Assembly: GCA_963662585.1 (NCBI GenBank)
Contig: OY759729.1
Span: 768,001-832,000, forward strand
DNA length: 64,000 nt
From: Candidatus Cloacimonadales bacterium
GTDB taxonomy: Bacteria; Cloacimonadota; Cloacimonadia; Cloacimonadales; JAFGVF01
Direction of reading: 5' to 3'
The position numbers and the translations under genes are program-made. The stretch's first letter is position 1. Each line of letters begins with the position of its first letter. Shown piece after piece: positions 30,148 through 39,176 of the stretch. The notes beneath the pieces were generated by a model. It saw nothing but the letters and a program-made list of their open reading frames with translations. It ran no database searches and was not told where the DNA came from.

Positions 30148-32319
30148 TTATATTTCCTTTAAAACAGTTAAATAATTTTTGTTTATTATAATTTTTTTAG
30201 ATACGATTTTATACAATAGTTCATTTTCAGTACTAGCCTTTTCAATAAATAGATTTTTATCACTATCTTTCATACCTGTTAAACCAGTGATAAAAGGGGA
30301 GAGAAAGCGATATGGTACATATTTTATAATTTTTTTTAAATTTTCTTTGATATCAATATTGTGTCTATTGTTAATCAAAGTATCAAGAACATTACTAAAG
30401 TCTGATTTCATTTCAAGGTTGAGAGCTAAGTAAATATTTTTAATTACAAAAGGGATTTGATCATATCTACTGTAATTCATTTTATTAAAGAAAACATCAT
30501 TCCAAGCAAATGCACACATTACTTCGGCCATTTCATAAAAGCTAGAACTAAGTTCATCATTTTTTGCCATATATTTTAGGGATAAGTACCAATAATACAT
30601 ATAACTAGTAGAATTACTATACACAATTCGATCTATCAATTGTTTGACTTGATTATAATTTGATATATCTTTTTTTAAATCTTCATTTAGAATCAAACTC
30701 TTTTCAATACCTTCCTTAACTGAATAATTTTTATCGTCTTTTACCATAGTATCAACTTTATAAGGGTGTTTATTAAAAGATTCGTCCACTTCCCACTCTC
30801 TCCGTTGCTCATCAAAAGTTAAAAATCTTTTATTATACACCTGAAGAGAATAACTATTTATCAGTTCAATATCAAAATTTAAGTTGATCCCAATTTTTTT
30901 TAATCTTATTTCAAATTTAGCATGGCTGATAGTTCCATTTTTCTTTGAAATAAAACTAAACAAATCACTATACTTTTTTTCATCGAATTCCTCAGCAAAA
31001 TATTTATAATAATCATAGCTGCACTTCAATGGCTTTACAAGTTCTCTATCAATATTTTGCTTTTCAGAAAATTTCATTGCATTACTTTCCTTATTTATAA
31101 CATTGTATGACTTAGGTTTATATTTATTTAAACCATTAAGATCAAATTTTTTCTTTAAAGCTAACTCACAATTGTTGTCTATGCATAAATTTGAAAAACA
31201 GTTAATATTACACTCGTGAGATAAACTCGTAATATCAGAAAAAATTGAACACTTAATACACTTATCATTACTATCCCAGAATACAAAAGATTTTGTATCA
31301 ATAACTATTGACTTCGATAAAAGATAATAAAGCCGTAACATTCTTTTCATTTCAACATTTTTTATATCATTCTTGATTTTTAAATAGGTTAAACTTGAAA
31401 TTGAAATCGGACCTTTAGCTGTATTTAGATTATTCTTAATAACATCAAATATAGTGATGTTATTGTTATTTTCTAGAACTTTCCTAACCTCACTGATAAA
31501 TGTTTCTGTTATCTGTTGAACTCGTTGTCTGCTTATATTATATTTTTCAGCAATTTTATTAAAAGTATCATAGCTACCGTTATCATTACATAGATAATCC
31601 AAAAAAATACTCTTCTTTTTAGATTTATTCTGGGGACAGGCATCTACTAGATCATAAATATTTTTTATTTCCAGATCCACAAAATAGAAAGATTCAATTT
31701 TGCTTCTAATTTCATTAATTGTTGCTGTACCACAATTTTGTTCTAGTAAAAGTTCAGAAGATTTTTTCAACAGAAGTTGTTTTATATTAATCAAACCTAA
31801 AGCAGATATGACATTCATTGCTCTAACACTAAGGTTTAATACATTTACATATTCTTCACCTCTATAAGAGCTATGAAGATCAATATCATTTGAAAAATCA
31901 TAATTTTCTGAGAATAAAGGCAACATAACCAATGTATCTTTTGTAACATGCTTATCCTTAAAAAAATCTATATTTATAGGTTCATCTAATATTTTTTCTT
32001 CAATATAGTAATTCTCATTTTTTAGAACTTCATCAACTACTTTTTTGCATTCATCAATAATTTGATTAACTGTTAATACTCCAGAATTCTTCATATCTAA
32101 CAAATCTTGCGGACTCAGTAAAACTAAATCTGCAACGCTATAAATGTAGTAATCTGAACAAACATTTTTTGCTCTTTTTTTTAATAAAAGATTTTCAATA
32201 CTAATTTTTGACAGAACACTATTAACGAATTCACATGTTAAGCCAAACAAGACTATAATACTTTTATCTTTATATTTATCTTCTAAAAAGTTCATGTTAC
32301 TAACCCATAAAGGATTCAT
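30148..32319 (-). CDS. Multidomain protein: 2x RNA polymerase alpha-CTD-like + sigma70 region-4 HTH + C-terminal domain resembling the N-terminus of some HNH nucleases
   Basis: IENLLLKKRAKNV..IYSVADLV..LLDMKNSG and LNLSVRAMNV..ELLLEQNCGTATINEI; TFNKIAEKYNISRQRVQQI; STSYMYYWYLSL..KYVPYRFLSPF. Stop abuts the brxP start. Confidence 0.7.
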   Translation of the reverse strand: MNPLWVSNMNFLEDKYKDKSIIVLFGLTCEFVNSVLSKISIENLLLKKRAKNVCSDYYIYSVADLVLLSPQDLLDMKNSGVLTVNQIIDECKKVVDEVLKNENYYIEEKILDEPINIDFFKDKHVTKDTLVMLPLFSENYDFSNDIDLHSSYRGEEYVNVLNLSVRAMNVISALGLINIKQLLLKKSSELLLEQNCGTATINEIRSKIESFYFVDLEIKNIYDLVDACPQNKSKKKSIFLDYLCNDNGSYDTFNKIAEKYNISRQRVQQITETFISEVRKVLENNNNITIFDVIKNNLNTAKGPISISSLTYLKIKNDIKNVEMKRMLRLYYLLSKSIVIDTKSFVFWDSNDKCIKCSIFSDITSLSHECNINCFSNLCIDNNCELALKKKFDLNGLNKYKPKSYNVINKESNAMKFSEKQNIDRELVKPLKCSYDYYKYFAEEFDEKKYSDLFSFISKKNGTISHAKFEIRLKKIGINLNFDIELINSYSLQVYNKRFLTFDEQRREWEVDESFNKHPYKVDTMVKDDKNYSVKEGIEKSLILNEDLKKDISNYNQVKQLIDRIVYSNSTSYMYYWYLSLKYMAKNDELSSSFYEMAEVMCAFAWNDVFFNKMNYSRYDQIPFVIKNIYLALNLEMKSDFSNVLDTLINNRHNIDIKENLKKIIKYVPYRFLSPFITGLTGMKDSDKNLFIEKASTENELLYKIVSKKIIINKNYLTVLKEI

Positions 32320-32453
32320 TTTTTTTCTTCAAGGAATACAGGCCTAAGATCTTTTGCCATATAGTTAATTCCCTCCATTGACTTAGTTTTTTTGTCTTGG
32401 GAATCAATTATAATTGGTGTATTAAGCTCACTGTTCCAAAAGATTTCTATCAT
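32316..32453 (-). CDS. 45-aa ORF resembling the N-terminus of BrxP-type PAPS reductases (small gene or frameshifted 5' end of the next gene)
   Basis: AAGGAG RBS; MIEIFWNSELNTPIII..NYMAKDLRPVFLEEKK*; TGA overlaps the next ATG (ATGA) at an A8 run. Below the ORF-track size cutoff. Confidence 0.55.
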   Translation of the reverse strand: MIEIFWNSELNTPIIIDSQDKKTKSMEGINYMAKDLRPVFLEEKK

Positions 32454-32715
32454 CAAAAATACTCCTTTATTTCATTTTCTTAGCAACCCAGCACAAAATG
32501 TTATTTTATTAACATTCAATTTCAAACATATTAACCAAGATTTTAAGTTTTGTAAATTCATGTCAAGTTATTTTGTTATTTATGGGATAATTTTCTTCTT
32601 TACAAACTAGTCAAGCCCTTGACTCTTTTAAAGGAAAATTTAAATCTTAAATTTAAGGATAGCAATTAGGGTAAATTCAGATAAGTTGGTAAAGGATAAG
32701 TTTAATTTTTGGGGA

Positions 32716-32872
32716 TAGGGATTTGGTCATTGCAATCGCAATAATGCGAGCCAGAGTCCCACACTCCCAGTTAGGGATTTGGTCTGTGTGCAGGCAAGAT
32801 GCCTGCGTTCCCAGTTAGGGATTTGGTCATTGCAATCGCAATGATGCGGGCCAGAGTCCCACACTCCCAGTT
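32716..32872. repeat. Three tandem family-D REP-like units at the lptA-side island boundary
   Basis: Three units starting TAGGGATTTGGTC and ending CCCAGTTA; minus strand reads TAACTGGGA.. then an imperfect palindrome (e.g. GCAGGCATCTTGCCTGC). Confidence 0.8.
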
Positions 32873-32924
32873 AAAGGTGTTTCGCAGGCAAGGTGCCTGC
32901 AATCCGGCAAGAAGAGGTCTAATC

Positions 32925-34028
32925 TTAATTAAATTTCCTCTTAGCACTTTTAAAGACATAAGACCCTTGAATATCTTCGAATTGGCGAATCTCTTCAATC
33001 TTATTGTTATCAGTAAAGACTATTTCTAGCTTACGGGATCCTGAATCATTTTTTGAGTATTCTTTAGTTTTCTCTTTTTCATCTTCAGTGATAATTTGGT
33101 AAAGGACCTTTGTTTCAGCCAACATAGATTCAGGTTCTTTATCTTTAAAGAAGATATCAATTCTTTCAGCAGTCAGCCAATTAGTAAAATCTTCTTTTTC
33201 TTCAAAGGAGAAGTCTAATCTACAATCATTAATAAATTCTACTTGTGAGAGTTTATTTTCTACAAAGTAGAGATTAAATGTTTCAGCTCTACCAATCCCA
33301 AAATCTGTTTCAATTTTTGGATCACCAGTAAATACAGCTTTACCATCTTCAGTATAATAGATTAGGAAATTACTATAGATATCTGCTTCAGAAAGTCTAG
33401 TATGGGTATTATAAGTTGCGACAATTTTATTAAAATCTGCAAAATACTCCATCTTTTCCGCCCTAATAGTTAAGGAATCTTTCTTATTTTCAATCAGGGG
33501 ATTTATCTTCATGAAGCCATAACCATCATTGCGACGATATTCCAAATAACCTGCAGTAGCCGTAATATTCTCTGTATATTCTTGAGCAAGCACACTTTTG
33601 GAAGCGATAATTTCTTCTATCTTTCGATTATAAATTAGGGTATCAGCCTGAAATTCTCTCTTGATAATGTTATTAGAATCATATTCATAAGCTACCACAT
33701 TACCAGTAAATTCTACTATCTCATCGATGTTATTATAATAGGCATAATCTGATTTAATAGTCAAAGTATCTCTTTTTACCACGACATTATTGAAGAGTTT
33801 GGCTGTTTCAGTTAGTTCTACAATTGTTCCCTTATCGCAAAAGAATTCTATTTGGCCATAGAAGAAATGCACATTGCCACTCATATTGAGAATATATTTC
33901 TCTTTATTCTTATTGAGAACAACGCTATCTGAGTTAATTATTTTGTAGCTTTTATCATCTACTAGCTCTTTACTCAGGATTATTGTTACGCTTATTACGA
34001 TCAGAAATATCGCTAAAAGCTTTTTCAT
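32925..34028 (-). CDS. lptA: LptA/OstA-like periplasmic LPS transport protein
   Basis: Signal peptide and repeated beta-jellyroll (GNVHF, GNVVA); position after lptC. Start at 34028 (AAGGAG RBS). Confidence 0.75.
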   Translation of the reverse strand: MKKLLAIFLIVISVTIILSKELVDDKSYKIINSDSVVLNKNKEKYILNMSGNVHFFYGQIEFFCDKGTIVELTETAKLFNNVVVKRDTLTIKSDYAYYNNIDEIVEFTGNVVAYEYDSNNIIKREFQADTLIYNRKIEEIIASKSVLAQEYTENITATAGYLEYRRNDGYGFMKINPLIENKKDSLTIRAEKMEYFADFNKIVATYNTHTRLSEADIYSNFLIYYTEDGKAVFTGDPKIETDFGIGRAETFNLYFVENKLSQVEFINDCRLDFSFEEKEDFTNWLTAERIDIFFKDKEPESMLAETKVLYQIITEDEKEKTKEYSKNDSGSRKLEIVFTDNNKIEEIRQFEDIQGSYVFKSAKRKFN

Positions 34029-34563
34029 TGGCCACTCCTTCACCCGAAACTTTTTCCATTTTTGTCATTTCTAATTTAGAATTTGTTTCTAAATTATAGC
34101 CATTAAGCACAGTAGATTGGTCCCAGAAATCTACTTCTCCAGGACAGATAATTTTATCACCTGTTCTATCCCAATAGGCTAAATCTGTTTCAATTCTTCT
34201 AATATCACCATACTTAAAGACCACATTACCAATACCTCTGATAATATTTGATTTATCATCAATAATAGTGCTATCACAGGTAACTGTAGAGATGATACCT
34301 GTACCTTCTTCAACAGTAACAATATAGACAGAGTCTGCGATTGTTCTCTGTTTTTCATAATAGCGAGTTATACTTCTAGCTTTTAGTAAGTATTCCAATT
34401 TATCACCATTATATTTCTTCATTTCTACATTTTTACTGTTCTCATCAGGGGCACTTCTATCTAAGTCAACAGCTAGATTGGGCGTTGTAGTTTCACAGCC
34501 GATAAAAGCTAGTGATATTATTAATAAAAGACTAAAGAGTAAAGTTTTCAATAGATTTTTCAT
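33970..34563 (-). CDS. lptC: LPS export protein LptC
   Basis: Lipoprotein-like LAFIGC, IETDLAYWD; between kdsC and lptA. Start placed at MKNLLK. Confidence 0.78.
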   Translation of the reverse strand: MKNLLKTLLFSLLLIISLAFIGCETTTPNLAVDLDRSAPDENSKNVEMKKYNGDKLEYLLKARSITRYYEKQRTIADSVYIVTVEEGTGIISTVTCDSTIIDDKSNIIRGIGNVVFKYGDIRRIETDLAYWDRTGDKIICPGEVDFWDQSTVLNGYNLETNSKLEMTKMEKVSGEGVANEKAFSDISDRNKRNNNPE

Positions 34564-35059
34564 ATAAATCCTGAGCATCTAAAATTATATCAATTAATTC
34601 TCGGACAGCACCTTCCCCGCCTTTAGTCTTAGTTATTAAATCGACAAAAGGTTTGATAGCTTCATTTCCATCCAAAGGTGTAGCTGCGAATCCAGCTCTA
34701 GTTAAGATAGGATAATCATTCCAATCATCCCCCATATAAGCTAAATTATCCCAATCTAAGTTTAATTTTGTTAGAAGTTCTTGCATCTTCTCAGCTTTAT
34801 TCTCAATATTTTGATAAAGATGCTCGATTTTGAGATCTTGACATCTACGGGCCAATACTTCTGAGCTTCTCCCAGTAATTACTGCCGGAATTAAGCCTGC
34901 TCGTTTAAGCATCATAATACCCATTCCATCTTTAGCTGAAAAATTCTTTTGCTCTAGAATTGACTTGTCAGCAGTCTGAATATAAGTTATCTTACCATCA
35001 GTTAAAACCCCATCACAATCGAAACAAACTAATTTTATCTTATTTAATTTATCTAGCAT
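34532..35059 (-). CDS. kdsC: KDO 8-phosphate phosphatase (HAD family)
   Basis: FDCDGVLTDG, ITGRSS, YMGDDWND, GGEGAVRE. Confidence 0.93.
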   Translation of the reverse strand: MLDKLNKIKLVCFDCDGVLTDGKITYIQTADKSILEQKNFSAKDGMGIMMLKRAGLIPAVITGRSSEVLARRCQDLKIEHLYQNIENKAEKMQELLTKLNLDWDNLAYMGDDWNDYPILTRAGFAATPLDGNEAIKPFVDLITKTKGGEGAVRELIDIILDAQDLYEKSIENFTL

Positions 35060-35846
35060 TCCAAATCCTTATACAATCTTTTAATAGTTTTTCCATTTTG
35101 CCTAATTCAAACATTGATTTTGCATCACTCAGAGCTTTTAAAGGTTGAGGATGAGTTTCAAGGAATAATCCATTTACGCATCCACTTGCTAAAGCTGATT
35201 TAGCCATCATAGGAACATTTTCAGGAGTCCCCCCAGATATTTTACCTATTGAAGGTTGTTGCAGAGAATGAGTTACATCATACACTACTGGATAGCCAGC
35301 TTCTTGCATTATAGCAAAGTTGCGAAAATCAACCACTAAATTATGATAACCAAAGGAAGTTCCTCTTTCTGTTAAAAGAATTTTCTTATTCCCTGTAGAA
35401 GCCACCTTTTCTGAAGCTATAATAACATCTTCTCCAGCCATGAATTGAGCTTTCTTGATATTTACTATTCTCCCACTCTTTCCTGATTCTACTAAGAGGT
35501 CAGTTTGACGGGATAAGAAGGCGGGAATCTGAAGGATATCAGCTACTTCTGCTACAGGTCGGACTTCACAAGTCTCGTGAATATCAGTAACGATAGGCAC
35601 ATCAAAATCTTGCTTAATTTGAGCCAATATCTTTAATCCCTCGTCAATCCCAACCCCTGTATAAGATTCAAGAGATGTACGATTTGCCTTTTTGAAAGAA
35701 GCTTTAAAAATAAAAGGAATTTGTAATTCGTCTGTTATCCTTTTTAATTCTTCAGCAATCTGATACATAATCGCTTCAGATTCAATCACACAAGGCCCTG
35801 CAAGAAGAAAGAAATTCTCGCTTTGCTTTAATATATTATACATCAT
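35049..35846 (-). CDS. kdsA: KDO 8-phosphate synthase
   Basis: AGPCVIES, KANRTS, QIPAFLSRQTDL, ERGTSFGY, DVTHSLQ. Confidence 0.96.
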   Translation of the reverse strand: MMYNILKQSENFFLLAGPCVIESEAIMYQIAEELKRITDELQIPFIFKASFKKANRTSLESYTGVGIDEGLKILAQIKQDFDVPIVTDIHETCEVRPVAEVADILQIPAFLSRQTDLLVESGKSGRIVNIKKAQFMAGEDVIIASEKVASTGNKKILLTERGTSFGYHNLVVDFRNFAIMQEAGYPVVYDVTHSLQQPSIGKISGGTPENVPMMAKSALASGCVNGLFLETHPQPLKALSDAKSMFELGKMEKLLKDCIRIWNAR

Positions 35847-36207
35847 TCATTCCTCAAATATAGTTTTTTTTAGTTTATTTTGAAGGAGAATTATCGTCAA
35901 GCAGAATTTATTTTAAGAATGGATCTTAAGAAATAAGCAGATGCCAACAGTAAGAAGAAAGACCCCGTCATCTTCAAGATTTGAAAGACCCATGGAAGCA
36001 AGGACCCTTCCATTCCCTAGCCATTTCTCGAATTCTTTATCCACATTCCTTGGTCTTCTCTTCTTCCATAACTGATATTTCAATGAAGATTCGAAATTTA
36101 TCTGTATTGAGTGAGAAGGAGCATTAAGAGAATAGAGAAATAGTAGCGAAAATCCGATTATTTTGCCCCAAAAGAAGGAATTTTGATATATTTTTAATAA
36201 AAATTTA

Positions 36208-36259
36208 AAAAAGTGGACCAATTTCGGAAAAAGTGGGCCCTATAGTATTATAGAAGCTT
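36208..36259 (+). promoter_or_regulatory. Conserved upstream motif, copy 2 (AAAAAGTGGACCAATTTCGGAAAAAGTGGGCCCTATAG..AAGCTT)
   Basis: Matches the reverse complement of 19037-19088; internal AAAAAGTGG direct repeat with 20-bp period. Confidence 0.6.
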
Positions 36260-36720
36260 TTATTGAAAACATAACTTAAAATGATTAAAAAACTTTTATC
36301 CTAATTTAGATAATATGAACAAACAGAATAAGTCATTAGGAGTATCAATGAAAAAAAAATTCTAAAAATTTTAAAAAATATATTCTCCTGAGAATATTAA
36401 TTAAAGTAAAATGTATTTTATTGAATTACAATTATATAGCACTATTTTTCTAAGTAAAAAGTTACAAATATTTCAGCTTTCTGATAGACTTAAAAATTTG
36501 TTTTATTGCTATATTACAATTTTTTACTTGACAAATTTTCTATGTTTATTATAAGTGATTTCATAAGTTCATTGATATTTAAAGGAGAAACTGTATGTAA
36601 GGTTTAATAGAAAAAATTACTTTTGTAGGTACTATGTAGTTGAGCTTAGGTTAAATTTATATAAGGAAGGCTGTTTTAAGCAGTAGAGAGGAAAATTCAC
36701 CAATAAGAAAAAAGAGGACA

Positions 36721-37347
36721 ATGTATATGAAAAATTTATTTGTAAAATATGATGGTAGGAATAACAAGTATGTAGTTGAGTTAGACGGTGTAGCAAGAAT
36801 TAATTTAAAGTCAAGTATAGGATCAAAATGTCTATATCTATTAGTAAAGAATGCAGGACGCTCCTATAATCCAACTGTGTTACGAGCACTTATTTCACAG
36901 AATATTGAGATTCCGCAAGATACTATAGACGAATTTGAGCTTACAAGTAGTGAAGAACAATACTATTACCTAATATTTAATACTTTTATTCCAACAATTG
37001 ATATGAAGACCTTATTAAATGTTAGAAAAAGAATTAAAAAAATTGAAGAAGAATTATTGGAAGCTGATAGAAATAATGATTTAAAGGGTAAAGATGACCT
37101 GATTTCAGAAAAAGAGTTTTGTGAGTCATATTTAAGTGATGCCCTAAACCAAAATGGAACTATTAAGAACTTAAATAAACACAATAGAAATGCCACTAAG
37201 TCTATTCAACGCGGATTAGAAGAGGTAATTGAAGATATTAACTTCCAATCACAAGAAATCTATGACATATTAAAAAAGAGCATAATTAAGACTTCTAACC
37301 AGATTAAATTTGTAGGTTTGGACCAAGAACTTAAGCGACGAGTTTAA
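36721..37347 (+). CDS. Hypothetical protein (208 aa), possibly DNA-binding/regulatory
   Basis: AGAGG RBS; coiled-coil EEELLEADRNNDL; loose resemblance to C-terminal domains of some AAA-ATPase regulators (from memory, unverified). Confidence 0.7.
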   Translation: MYMKNLFVKYDGRNNKYVVELDGVARINLKSSIGSKCLYLLVKNAGRSYNPTVLRALISQNIEIPQDTIDEFELTSSEEQYYYLIFNTFIPTIDMKTLLNVRKRIKKIEEELLEADRNNDLKGKDDLISEKEFCESYLSDALNQNGTIKNLNKHNRNATKSIQRGLEEVIEDINFQSQEIYDILKKSIIKTSNQIKFVGLDQELKRRV

Positions 37348-37552
37348 GAGGTCTTGTAGCAGGCGAGGTATTTAAGTCCCCTCTGGAGAAGAGGGATTTA
37401 AGAAACACCCCGTCATCTTCGATGCCACCCCTCTTTTAGCGTGCCTTCAGCACTAAAGCGGGGAGTTTAAGAGGTCTAGAACGCGAGGTATTTAAGTCCC
37501 CTCTGGAGAAGAGGGGTGCCTGCGCAGCAGGTGGGGTGTTGGAAAAAAAATC

Positions 37553-37581
37553 TTGACAATTATTATCTTAACCATTACATT
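37553..37581 (+). promoter_or_regulatory. Candidate sigma70 promoter of DUF559 copy 1 (copy 2 at 38323-38351)
   Basis: TTGACA-17-TACATT (TACCTT in copy 2), followed by AGGAG RBS. Confidence 0.6.
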
Positions 37582-37608
37582 ATATATATTATACTTTAGG
37601 AGAAGATT

Positions 37609-37992
37609 ATGGTTTCAGATTTTTACGATAATAATAAATTACATCAAAATGCTAGATTTCTAAGAAAAAATTCAACCCTTCCAGAAGTTCTCTTTTGGAT
37701 GCAGATTAAGAATAGTAAACTTGGTTATAAATTCATTCGTCAAAAAGTAATTGGTAGATTTATAGTTGATTTCTATTGTTCTCAACTTAAATTAATAGTT
37801 GAAATTGATGGTAGAGACCATGCACGAAAAGTAGATTATGACACACAGAGAGAAAATGAAATTAGGAAGTTAGGCTATGAATTTATTAGGTTTAGTAATG
37901 AGCAAATATATAACAATATAAGTGGGTGTATTGATTATCTAAAGCGATATATCGCTAAAGATCCCAATTGTGATACTTCTAATCCTTGGTAA
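37609..37992 (+). CDS. DUF559 (Vsr-like, PD-(D/E)XK) endonuclease, copy 1
   Basis: ARFLRKNSTLPEVLFW, KFIRQKVIGRFIVDFYC, LIVEIDGRDH, DTQRE, FIRFSN. Confidence 0.9.
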   Translation: MVSDFYDNNKLHQNARFLRKNSTLPEVLFWMQIKNSKLGYKFIRQKVIGRFIVDFYCSQLKLIVEIDGRDHARKVDYDTQRENEIRKLGYEFIRFSNEQIYNNISGCIDYLKRYIAKDPNCDTSNPW

Positions 37993-38378
37993 TGATATAC
38001 AATATTTTTACAAGAAGAAGAAAGGCCTCCCCCTCTCAAAGAGGGATTTAAGAAACACCCCGTCATCTTCGATGCCACCCCTCTTTTAGCGTGCCTTCAG
38101 CACTAAAGCGGGGAGTTTAAGAGGTCTAGAACGCGAGGTATTTAAGTCCCCTCTGGAGAAGAGGGATTTAAGAAACACCCCGTCATCTTCGATGCCACCC
38201 CTCTTTTAGCGTGCTTTCAGCACTAAAGAGGGGAGTTTAAGAGGTCTAGAACGCGAGGTATTTAAGTCCCCTCTGGAGAAGAGTGGTGCCTGCGCAGCAG
38301 GTGGGGTGTTGGAAAAAAAATCTTGACAATTATTATCTTAACCATTACCTTATATATATTATACTTTAGGAGAAGATT

Positions 38379-38762
38379 ATGGTTTCAGATTTTTACGATA
38401 ATAATAAATTACATCAAAATGCTAGATTTCTAAGAAAAAATTCAACCCTTCCAGAAATTCTCTTTTGGATGCAGATTAAGAATAGTAAACTTGGTTATAA
38501 ATTCATTCGTCAAAAAGTAATTGGTAGATTTATAGTTGATTTCTATTGTTCTCAACTTAAATTAATAGTTGAAATTGATGGTAGAGACCATGCACGAAAA
38601 GTAGATTATGACACACAGAGAGAAAATGAAATTAGGAAGTTAGGCTATGAATTTATTAGGTTTAGTAATGAGCAAATATATAACAATATAAGTGGGTGTA
38701 TTGATTATCTAAAGCGATATATGGCTAAAGATCCCAATTGTGATACTTCTAATCCGTGGTAA
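38379..38762 (+). CDS. DUF559 (Vsr-like) endonuclease, copy 2
   Basis: Identical to copy 1 except V>I and I>M plus a synonymous change near the 3' end. Confidence 0.9.
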   Translation: MVSDFYDNNKLHQNARFLRKNSTLPEILFWMQIKNSKLGYKFIRQKVIGRFIVDFYCSQLKLIVEIDGRDHARKVDYDTQRENEIRKLGYEFIRFSNEQIYNNISGCIDYLKRYMAKDPNCDTSNPW

Positions 38763-39176
38763 TGATATACAATATTTTTACAAGAAGAAGAAAGGCCGCC
38801 CCCTCTCAAAGAGGGATTTAAGAAAGGCCCCGTCATCTTCGATGCCACCCCTCTTTTAGCGTGCCTTCAGCACTAAAGCGGGGAGTTTAAGAGGTCTAGA
38901 ACGCGAGGTATTTAAGTCCCCTCTGGAGAAGAGGGATTTAAGAAACACCCGTCATCTTCGATGCCACCCCTCTTTTAGCGTGCTTTCAGCACTAAAGCGG
39001 GGAGTTTAAAAGGTCTAGAACGCGAGGTATTTAAGTCCCCTCTGGAGAAGAGGGGTGCCTGCGTAGCAGGTGGGGTGTTGAAAATGTAGCAGATTAAACT
39101 GCCATTTGTGTACCATTTTAAACTACCATCTACAATTGCACTAGCAATGATAATCTTTCTAACTGGGAATGCGGGA

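Larger units (their letters stand above)
37363..39080 (+). repeat. 770-bp tandem duplication (two full units plus a partial third) built from ~120-bp palindromic modules and a DUF559 gene
   Basis: GCGAGGTATTTAAGTCCCCTCTGG starts units at 37363, 38133 and 38903; the ORFs are offset by exactly 770 bp. Confidence 0.95.

Noticed and set aside
32771..33029. ORFs 32771-32998 (-) and 32799-33029 (+)
   Set aside because: Overlap lptA and REP units; no coding signal.
36339..36600. RBS-led mini-ORFs (ATG-A-run MKKKF*; AAGGAG..ATGTAA)
   Set aside because: No long frame is restored by slippage and such patterns are expected by chance in very AT-rich DNA.
37363..39080. Guide-RNA or CRISPR-like array beside the nuclease
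   Set aside because: The ~120-bp modules are nearly identical with no variable spacer segments.
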